Shown here piece after piece: positions 12,424-24,000 of a stretch of 55,049 nucleotides of DNA. Source of the DNA: Octopus bimaculoides (taxonomy: Eukaryota); NCBI RefSeq assembly GCF_001194135.2, contig NC_068985.1, positions 43,557,529 to 43,612,577 on the forward strand, written 5' to 3'. Numbering within the stretch: the stretch's first letter is position 1; every line of letters starts with the position of its first letter. The notes beneath the pieces are model-generated. The model had not been told where the DNA came from, searched no databases, and worked only from the letters and a program-made list of their open reading frames with translations. The position numbers and the translations under genes are program-made.

Positions 12424-15008
12424 CTGAAAGATCAAAAGTTATATTTGAAGAATTAAATGGATATTGAAATAAAGATACAGATTTAGAACAAACTGAGATT
12501 ATTTAAGGGAAAAACATTATGTTCCATAAAAACATTTGCAATTGTAAATCTATGTTTTACAGGCTAAATAGAACGATCTGCTGTCTGCATAAGACTAATG
12601 AAAGCCAGCTATTGTAGTAAAAATACTGATAAAAATTTATAAACAAAGAAATACATGGAAAAAGTAATTAGTTTAAAAAGAAATATATGACATTAGCTAG
12701 TGAAATAATGTAACTATTTTTTCACCAAGTATGAAAAACAAACAAAAGCTCATATTAATGAAAAATGTAATGTTAAATGTAAAAATATTTTTAATAAATA
12801 AAAATGTAGTTTCCTAAATTTCTTCAAGAGAATCAGAAAACAAATTAACACAGTATTAAAACAGCAATGTCTAATATTAAATCAATACTAAAATCTGGAG
12901 TATTGTTTTTATTCTAAAACAATTATTATACTAATAAGCTGATGTTAACAGAAAGAAATACAAGTAACACTACCCAACAGGTATTTTGTTGTCAGGACAT
13001 TTTTATCTGATTTGCAGGTTTTTTGAAATGCTAAATCCCAAAACGGAATCCATGTTTTACCATCTTGTCTAGATTTCAAGATATCCAAATCCCAACTATC
13101 ATCAATGGGTGATAAGCATGAACTTTTATATGGTCAATTTTCTTCTGGAGAAACAAAGTAGATACACCAAATATCCATGCTTTTTATGTATGTGGGACAG
13201 AAAAACATTGGTTGACCAAAGAATGGGTGTAGCGAACATTAGCTCCAAGGTCTTTTAATGTGGCTAAAGAACCTTTTTGTTCAACCAGGAAAAAAATCAT
13301 CCTACCTCCACTCCATATGAAACTGGGCAGAATGAAGCAGTTTGTTAAAGATCTAGATACAGAAGGATGATACTTTCACTATATCTGTAGTACATTTCCC
13401 AGTCTGGGCAGTGAAAAAAATAAAGCTGGCCTCAAATCAGAAAATAGATGACAGATAGGAACTTTGTAAATTCAACGAATTGTATAGAAGCAGCTGTATG
13501 GAATCCATTTGTAATAGGTGTAAATGAATTACTGGGCAACAAGAAAGCAGCCAACTATGCCAAAATAGTCAGCAACAAGCTGTAAATTCCCTGAAAACCT
13601 CAGTAACACAAGTGATGAGCAGGGAGAACATTTCCATCAGGACATAAAACCAATGGGACAAAGGTATCGTGGTAGACTGACTTGCATGTGATGGCAGGCT
13701 ATTGCTGGAACTTGGCTCAAATTCTTCCTAAAGTTTAGTGGTCAAGAAAAATTATCCAAATCCAAATTCATGGGAATTAAAATGATGTAATTTGTCTGTA
13801 AAAATTTAAAGATTTTTACTAGTTTTTCAATAGAATCTTAAGAAAGCATTCTGGTTTTGAAGAAAATACAATTTCTATCTATGTATATATGTTATACCAT
13901 ATTTTTCATAAGCTGTTTTATTGAAAAAACAATGAAATTCTATGGATCAGGTATCTTAAAATCTCAACGTGATGGTAATAAACTGATATCATTTTTTGGA
14001 GTCTGTGAGCCAAAAAACCCATATATATATATACGTACACATATAAACAAACTTTAAATCAGCTCTAATATGTTTGGGACATATTTGAACCTGTAAAAGC
14101 TTTTCACAGCAGTTTGCCATGGAAAAAAATTCTTACTTCAGAGAAAAAGGTTTTGAACACCATAGCCAGCTCAAAACACCCACATGCTAGTACATGGTGC
14201 AAACATTATCTAATATAGATCTCTATTCTTGAAATACAATGGTAATAATATATGATTATCATATCAAAAAGTGACAGTCTACTCAAAACTGAATTTTGTT
14301 AAGAAGCATCTATTATTTATGGGTATCATTTTGAAAGAAGAGTTCTGGTTGATTTAATTTTGTGCATATAGTCTATAATCTACATATGTGTATTTGGATG
14401 GATATAAGTTTGCTTATGCATATGCTGATGTGTTCATACACACACACACACACATATATATGGTTCCTTGCATTGTTGTAGCTTTTGAATGATATCACCC
14501 ACTGACCAGGTGGGCAGGCCAATATATAATTGAGATTCAGTTGAATTAGGTATTTAAGTCGAAGCACCAAGTCAATGCGGTATTGTCCATACAACTCAAA
14601 GTAAGGTGAATAAAATCAAAATAAGCAACAGGATATCAAGAGGTGATGCAGTAGTCTATGATAAAAAAGAATGATAAATTAAAAATGAACCACAATCCGT
14701 TACAAGCTATGACCATAACAAACTTGATACAGTTCTTAGAAGTGTAGTATATTTTGAGCTACATTTGTAGCAACATGGACTTTTTCCCTCTTCTTGCTCT
14801 GTTAGAGAATTTAAGTAAAATTATATTAATGTGTCCAACTGATTAAAAAATTCTATTTATTTATGCAGCTGAGGATAGTCCTGCATTTAAAATGATGTAA
14901 TGATTACATTGTTCAATTAAATGGAGCCGCTTGAAACGGTCGTACTGCATCACCTCTTGATATCCTGTTGCTTATTTTGATTATATATATATTTATATAC
15001 ACACACAT

Positions 15009-15073
<65 letters not shown>

Positions 15074-18000
15074 TATATGTGCCTTGATCCTCATCTTTTC
15101 TCTTTCCATATAAGGAAGTAATATACTCACCTCTTCAGTAAAAATGTTGCACCTATCCTATCATACCAAAACTTTTTGGAAGGCCAAAAGTTTACCCATA
15201 TATAACAAATACTTCATCATTATTGACATCATTATTAGTTGTGACCAGCCACTAGGTAAAACTCAAGCAATTGTTCCTTTTTGATATAATAAACACTCAT
15301 ACACAACAGGCTTGTACACACTTCAAGGCATTACACACACACACACACACATTTATATATGCACATACAACATATTCCTGTTATATCCATTTTATTAATT
15401 TATTTATTTTTTGTTTAACCCTTTACCTGTCCTGCATATCTTAAATGAAACACAAGACATATTTCCTTGGCATACATGTGTCATATATGACACAAATTCT
15501 CAGTTTTTTTTGGTCACCAGAGTAACTTGAGACTTACAAAAGGAAAGTCTTAAATTCCTCAGAACATAAGAAATAAAGGCTAACTAAAAGTCTGAAAAGA
15601 AGCATGAACATTTGGGACAAACTTATGAAAATGCTTTGGATAGGCAAAGGGCTAATACAGCAATGGAAGTTTCTAATTTATCGGAAAGAAGTTGTTACTA
15701 CAGGAAATTGAGCCTAAACTACAACTGTCACTTTCCAACAAAGTGTAATGACTTGGCACAAAGTGGATAATTATAAAATAATAAAAAAATATGATAAATT
15801 AAAAAGAAACAGTTTCAATAAATAGGAACAAGACAAACATTTAAAATCTGTGCACAGTGAAACATTGAAGATTGGAAGGAAGGTGGTAAAAGGTGAAATT
15901 TAAAATGCTATTATTGTTGTCCCACAGAGTTGAAGAAGAGATAAATATTTCCAGCAGTGTATTTAAGTGCAAATGTAATTGTAACCGATGATTAGACCAA
16001 TGATGAGATATGCTTGAAATAGCAGCTACATCTCATTCAAATTAACCGTACCATCTTATAATAAGGACTCATTGGACAGTGTAGTCAGGGATATACTATA
16101 GCTGTAAAATAAATAAAAGATATAGTGATGATGGTTGGAAAGTGTTTGATCATAGGGTTGCTTGATCATGACTGACTTGGAACTTGTTATATCACATGTT
16201 CGGATGACCTCTACTCAACTACCCGACATCTAGACTTCTCCCTCTATATCTACGTATTGGGCTAGCCTACTTCATTGTCTGGGGGCGTCCGACACAACAC
16301 CTCCCCCTTTTGAGTTTTTTTTAAAACCTGAATTTATCAATTTTATTTCCTCATTGAGAAACTGGCATATCTTTTTCTCTTAGCATTAATTTCCATCATT
16401 TCTGTAGGTTTTCTCTTCCTATTCGATCTACGTGTCAGTTCTGCTTTTGCTTGTGGTTCTGGGACCTCAAACAAATCATACCATAAATCCATTGATTCTT
16501 CTCACCTCTCTTGGTTTTTGGTATATCTTTTTTTTAATTGGTTTAAATGCCTTCTGTGTTCATATTTTGGTCCTTTTACCATGTACATCACGTTACCCAG
16601 ACGCCTAGTTATAATTCCTTGTTCCCAGTCCTGTTTTCCGTTACTATATATTTTAAAATACACTTTGTCACCTGTGTTAAAAAATTTCGTTTTTCTTCCC
16701 GAATTTTCTATTTTCTGTTTCCTGCTCGGCAACCATTTGTCAAAAATAGAACGAATATTTCTGGAAAACATCAAATCTGCAGGTGACCTACCCGACTCTG
16801 CATTTGGATTCGGTGTTTATACACCTGCAAAAACTTAGTCATATTTGTATCTTCAAGGATTTCCTGTTTGGTCTTCCTTAAGGCTCTCTTGAATGTGTCG
16901 ATGAATCTTTCTGCTAACCCATTTTACCTTGGATGGTATGGCGGAGTTAACACATGCTTTATCTGAACTGACTTATAGAATCTTTCGAACTCCTTCGCTG
17001 TGAATTGTGTACCATTATTTGACACGATCGTATCTGGCACTCCATACCGAGCGAACAGTTCTTCCAAGAAGTCAATCGTCACACTAGTGGTTGGCCTTGA
17101 ACATTTACACACTTCAGGCCATTTGGAATAGCTATCCACCACAATGATATAATAAGAGCTATTTATTGGTCCTGCAAAATCCACATGTAGTCTGGACCAT
17201 GCTGAATCCGTTTTTGGCCACGGTTGAATCTGCACTGGGGGCGCCTTTGCTGCCATAGCGCATCCCCTACACTGTTTTACCAGTCTCTCAATTTGCTTGT
17301 CCATATTTGGTCAATAAACGTAACTTCTCATAAGGCTCTTCATCCGGACAATCCCTGGATGTCTTACATGAAAGTCTTTTAATACTCTGTTTTGCAGTGC
17401 TTCAGGTATTACCACTCTTTGTGCATATAATAATACCTCATAACATACTGAATAGTGCTTTGAATTTGTGTCCCACTCATTTATATTTTTTGTGTTACTC
17501 AACATTTTAAAAATCTTATTTATGATCCTATCATTTCCCGATTTCAATTTAATTTCTTCCTGCGTTACTGGCAAATCACGTACTACATTGCACAAAATGT
17601 TCTTCAGTTCCATTTCTAGTTTTAACGATGCAATCACTGTGTCTTCAAAAGGTTCCTCATATTTTGGAATTAGCCTAGACAACCCATCTGCGTGTCCCAT
17701 TTTCATTGATAGCAAAAATTCCATCTCGAAATCGTAGTTCAACAGAGTAGTCCCCCAGCACTGTAAGCAGTTTGCTGAGTGCATGGGGATACCCTTTCTC
17801 GAACCAAAAATAGACAATAACGGTCGGTGATCCGTTTGCAGTGTAAACTTCCTCCCATGTAAGAATTTATGGAATTTTTTTACTGTGAAGATAAATGATA
17901 ATGCCTCTTTTTCAATCTGGCTGTAGTTTCTTTCCACTGGTAATAGAGCTCTTGATGCATGTGCAATAGCTTTGATTTTACCATCATTAAATTTATGCAA

Positions 18001-21000
18001 TATCACAGCTCCTATACCATATTCACTGGCATCTGATGCCACAATTATTTTCAGATTTGGGTGAAAATGAGTTAATGATAAATCTGATGTTAACCGCTTT
18101 TTTAGTTCCTCGAATGATTTCTGACGTTCGTTTGTCCAGCTCCATTTTGAGTCCTTCTTTAGCAACTTATTCAACGGAGCTCTTAGCTCATACATTTTAG
18201 GTATGTACAACTGGTAATAACTTACTAAACTTAAAAATGCTTGTAGTGTTGTTTTGTTAGTAGGAGCAGGCATTTTTTTTATCATGTTGATCCTAGAAGG
18301 GTCCGGTTTTTGTCCGTTTTCATCGATCACCTGTCCTAAGTACTTTATTTTTGTCAAGAAAAATTCAAATTAATCCTCCCTTACTTTAAACCCGTAATCA
18401 CATATTCATTTGAAAACCTCTTCTCTATGTTCAATATGTTGGTCCCTTGATTCCCTTTTCATCAATATGTCATCGAAGTATGGGACCGCAAACTCACAAT
18501 CTGCTAGCATAGTATCCATCACTTGCTGAAATATTGCTGGTGTGACCTTTACCCCAAATGGCAGTCTTTTAAAACGGTACAGACCTTTATGAGTATGATT
18601 ATTAATACTTTAGCACATTCTTCATTTACCAGTAATTGGAGTTAGGCCTCTGACAAATCCAGCTTGGAAAAAATGTTCCCGCCACTGCACTTAGCAAATA
18701 TGTTTTCTAGGTTTGGAAGCAGATAATTGTAATTTTTTAAACAATCATCAAGACCAGTGGCTGTGTGAGCTACGAAATCCTTGTCGCCACTGTTATATCG
18801 CATGTTTGGATGACCTCTACTCAACTACCCGACGTCTAGACTTCTCCTTCTATATCTGTGTATTGAGCTAGCCTACTTCATCATCTGGGGGCATCCGACA
18901 CAACAGAACTAAACAACAACAACTTAGAGAGTTAAAAAGAAAAAGCAGTAGCGCACATATTGATATTTAAGTTTAAATTAAAATATAAATATAACAAAAG
19001 CAGCCATAAAAAAAAAAACATAAACTAGAGACAACATATTTTACATATGCTATATAATGTAAATGAACATTATTGGTGGTGGTGATGGTAGTGAAGTGAT
19101 AGTGATAATGATGGTGATGATAAGTGGTATTGGTAGTAGTGGCAATGCCAGCAGTGGTGACAATGATTGGTGGTGGAGCTGGTAACAGTGTTGATGGTGG
19201 TAGTGATGAATAACAGCAACAACAATTAACTTAATATTAAATTCCTATTTTTTAAAAATGAACTAAAAAGTGTAGTATGGCTGAAAATGGTGTGTCATGC
19301 ATAGAATAAAGTAAGGTGAAGTAAGGTTGCGATGGACTTACAAAAACTAAAGAGGAGAGAAAATGGAGAGGCAAGTGCTTAATATAGATTTTACCTTTTT
19401 TTTCTGTAAAGCATTGAAGGAAAAGAAAGAACGAACATGATGACAAAAGAAAACATTGAATGTCTGTTGGTGTGAATACTCTGCCAGTCAAATAGCAAAT
19501 CACATCTTTTTTTAAGGGTATTAACAAAGCAAATATTTAACCCAAAGGGTTAAATATTTGCTTTGTGAGGTTTGTAATTTATTTAATTTATAATAAATAT
19601 TCGAATATTATTTACTGATTAACACTGTAGAGAATAAACACTGCAATTTTATATATTTTCTCAAATAAACATAATACAACAAGAAATACATATGGTAATA
19701 TAAGATATAACATGATAAAGTATTAGGTAGATAAATGTTTCATTTTAACGACAGCAGCTCAAGATTTTAGTGTTTTTATTATAGAATTGGGAGTTAAAGT
19801 TTTTCTTTAAGTAACAATAGCTTGCTACATTGATAAGAGTAAAGGCTTTTTCAGATTTGTAGGAGGGAAAGAAAAATATAATGTTTAACAACATAGGCAC
19901 CCCTAATATTTACCTTACAAAAATACATACCAGTAATATTGGCTTAAATAAAATAGATGCTTGTAATATTAGGTCTAATAAAATAGGTACCTGTGATATT
20001 AGTCTTACATAAATATGTATCTATAACAATGGCCTTAATAAAATAGATACCTGTAATATTAGTTTTAATAAAATAGGTAGCTGTCACATAGGCCTAAATA
20101 AAATAAGTCCCTGTTATAATGGTCTTAATAAAAGAGATACCTGTAATATTAGGGGCAAATTCAATCAGCTGTAATCCTCCCTAAAAAATTGACATTGTAC
20201 TTTGTACAAGAACAAAGATATTAAAATATCATTTTCTTGCTATTTGTGGATTGACGAGATTATTAAAGAAGAACTGTGTCACTGGAGAATATTTATAAAA
20301 GTTATCAGAGAAGATATCTAGTTTGTGACTTACTTTTTACTGTCATTGAGGTGGTCATCAGTACTGTACGGATCATGGCCTCGTAGTCTTTCTTCTTCTT
20401 GCACTGGAGAGGAAAATACATTTTTAAATATGACAGACATATACATCATTGTCTGTGAACACATCATTTTAGAATGTGATATTTTAAAAACACCCATAAA
20501 TATATGCTCTGGTTTAGTCTCTCAGAACCAGAGCACAGTGATGATGTTGATGATGCCTAAGATGATAATGACTACAACATAGTATGGTAAACTATTGTAC
20601 AGATATTTTACAAATAACAAAAATTGCTTAACTAATTCTTTTTACTATGGCTAAAACTATAACAATTCAGTTTACTTAGAAACACGTTTCTATCAAGTAA
20701 TTAAATCTTCCTCTTCACAACTCAAAATGATATCCTTAATGAATTGCTAAATGTATGTTAGTCTATGACAGCATGGGTTTGATAGGTCTGTTTTATTGTT
20801 TTTAACCATCAATCTATTACTTGTCATTCTTCAATAACCTATAATCTCTCAAATAGTCACCCTTGTCTTATTTACACTATCACTTTACATAGAGTCCACA
20901 TTGATTAGCCAACACAATGGTTATATATAGAATAATGAATTATTATCCTTAATTACAAGTATTTATAAAACAAGAATCCAATGAAATATGGTTAATTAGT

Positions 21001-24000
21001 TTAATTTTATTTTATGATCATTTATAGATAACCTCTAACAGCAAATCTGTTGTTGAACAAATTTTTCTTGTTATTTTTGCTAAGATATCAATTTACATCG
21101 CACAAAACTAAGCATTGTTATCTGTTCATAATACTTTGTATCAAACAACACAAACATATCTTCATTCTCTTAACTTCATTTTGGAATATTAGTAGTAGTA
21201 GTATTCATCATTATTTAATACCCACTTTCCATCCTGGCATGGGTTGGACCATGGGTTGGAATGTGCTATCTATTTTTTCTGCTGCTTAAAAGTTATAGAA
21301 TTTTGAGTAAACTTCTAAATGAATTAAACATTTCAACCAAAATTAACAAAAGCTCAGAATTGTTTTTCCCAATATACTGAAAATGACACTTAAATACTTA
21401 AAGTATTCATGAAGTGCTTACTTCTTTAGAAAAAAAAGACGTCTTAAAAATAAACCAATAAAATATGACTTACCATCATATTTGGCTTCACGGTTTCTCT
21501 TGGCAATACACACAATGATCAGAATGAGGATGAGAAGAGCAATTGCCACCATCATGGCAATAAACCAGGTAGCAGAAGTTAGATCTTGAGTAGCTGTGCC
21601 TTAAAGTACACACAAACAGAAAATTAGTGTTACATTTTGCATTTAAAAGCTATTTAGAATAGATAAAGGGTTGGTCACAAGTGGGACGCAGCTCACAAGT
21701 GAATCACTGATGGAATGAGGAGGAGGAGGAACATTGGAATATTTCTATATGTGATATATGATATACATGCACACACGTGTGTGTGTGAGCCACATATGGA
21801 CATAGGAAAACATGAAAAATAAAAAACGGACCATTACAAAAAGAAGTTGCTGATATCTGTAGTAGATAAATATTTGCGTAAGGCCATGTATTTTGAGGCA
21901 TGTGTTTTAATAGGCAATTAAATCAGCCCAGTTATTTGTATCCATCCAAGACGAATGGCAGTATTTGAATTCAAATAAAGATGAAAATAAATACCAGCAT
22001 GTATGTCTAATGCTGCTCTACACTGAGCTTCACTGACATAATGCAGTCATACTTGATAAAATTCATGTGTTTAACTTTTTGTTCCTTAAATATTCTTATG
22101 TCAGAGATACAACTAATTAACACAATATTTCTAATATTTCTTCACAGAATTTGTAATCTATATTCCTGAAATTGTCTTTATCAAATATTAATGAAGGAGA
22201 CTGAACACAAGCCAACAGCAATGTGGTTTTCTACCTGCTAGAAATAGCAACTAAATATCCCTTAAATTACACTATCATTTCTGAAGAGAGAGACATACAT
22301 TGGTTAATATAGTCTGACAGAGTGGTCAGAGTTGGAATGCCTTAATCATCAAGTGTCTAGTTAGAATGACTTCTATAAATTTGTTTCTCAAAGGTACAAA
22401 TAGAATCATATCATTTTAACGATCACCTTATGTTTCCTTACAGGGTGTCTCTTGTACTTCAGTCAAAATTTCTTTTAAAACTATTTAGTGCTTCACCTGT
22501 TTATACTTTAATGTAATAATTAGTATTAATGGATGCAAAAATTTCCTCTCCAAATAACATTGTTCCAAAACATTTGATTTCTCTTTAGCTTTAAAACAAA
22601 ATAATTTATTCCATTTTGTAAATCATTTGCCAATGCAGAGAATTTCTTGATTTCTTGAATTCAGCTGTTTCCTTTATGTATAGCAAACCTCTCTTAACCT
22701 ATGTAATAGCTAATAAGCAAGAAACTTTCTGATTATGGCTAAAATATTAGTCTGGAAGAAGATAAAATCTAATGTTTTTTGTAAGTGATGCCTTATTTAT
22801 CCACTGTCTGGGATTACTTTCTACTGTCATACAAAATGTACGGACTTATAGTCTCCCACAACTAAAGTAGAATACTGTATTGGATATAAACAGTGACAAT
22901 GGAATAGGTCTGGGCTCTTTGCTTCCTGTTCAGCACAATTTGTATCATTGGACGGTAGCTATAAACAGCTTTGAGGAACATCTCTTGACCCTGGGTCTTT
23001 CATATGCAGCAGGCCTGCAAACATTATTGAACATTAGTATACAGAGTATAGTTTTAATAAATTACATGAATGAAGACACAAGGTTTATAAAAACATGCTG
23101 ATGATTGAGATGATAGATGAAAAATGCAATAGAGACAGTCAGGCACTTGAAAGGAGAAGAGACAGTTTGAGATAAAACTAGTTTATAGGAGCCATAGGCT
23201 TTCTAAAATACATCATTCAATTATTATAGCTAGGTATTTACTATCATGCTTAGATGATGACAGTGATTATCTTAATTAAGATCTGTATATCAATATAAAA
23301 AATAAAAGACAATAGGATGAATTGGGAGATGCAGAAGTGAATAGAAAATATTGATTTAATCATGTTTTTACATGATCAGATAATGATGCTGGGATAATGT
23401 AGATGTTTTTGAAACAATAGAAAAGAATAGAAAGAATGAATAACGGGGTGAAAATAGAACCAAACCATGTATCTATATGCAATGGGTAAGACAGAACCAG
23501 AGATTATAATCAAAGAAGATAACAGAAAAATTGAAATTAGTTCATATTTATGCATGTGAAGTGTAGGTAAAAATATGAAAGTATGAAGATAGTCTTTGAG
23601 AACTGTATAAAAAAACTAAGTTCATTAGAAGTACTGAAGTTGATAGATTATTGTATTTAGGATGTGAGTGTATAATTAGAAAATGTTAATGAGCTTATGA
23701 GTGGAATCATTCAATCAGCAAGAATCTTTAACTTTTTAAAGCTAAAATAGACCCAATGTATGTAACTATTTCTAAATGTGCCATCTCCTGAGATGGGGCA
23801 TTAATTTCGTCAATTTATATTTAAAATTAATAAAATTCTTGAAAATCAAAGATATTCAAACTTGGCAATAAGGTAAACTAATGACTTTGAGCTTTTCAGA
23901 CATTTTTGCTGAAGGACAGGGTGACTATAATTGTATGAAGTTCAAGGTCTCTGAGAGATAAGATTCTTTTATGTTAATATGAATAACTAAATTTACTAGG

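Noticed and set aside
15131-15251. Strong GAG|gtgagt donor at 15130 suggesting another alternative exon
   Set aside because: Upstream acceptors are weak or give an early stop with no L1-like peptide; insufficient support
19252-19527. 91-aa minus-strand ORF over the microexon region
   Set aside because: Low-complexity translation of polypyrimidine tracts
19921-20152. Regular 30-bp periodicity as a CRISPR array or coding repeat
   Set aside because: Contiguous units without unique spacers, eukaryotic intron, no cas genes, stops in the frames checked
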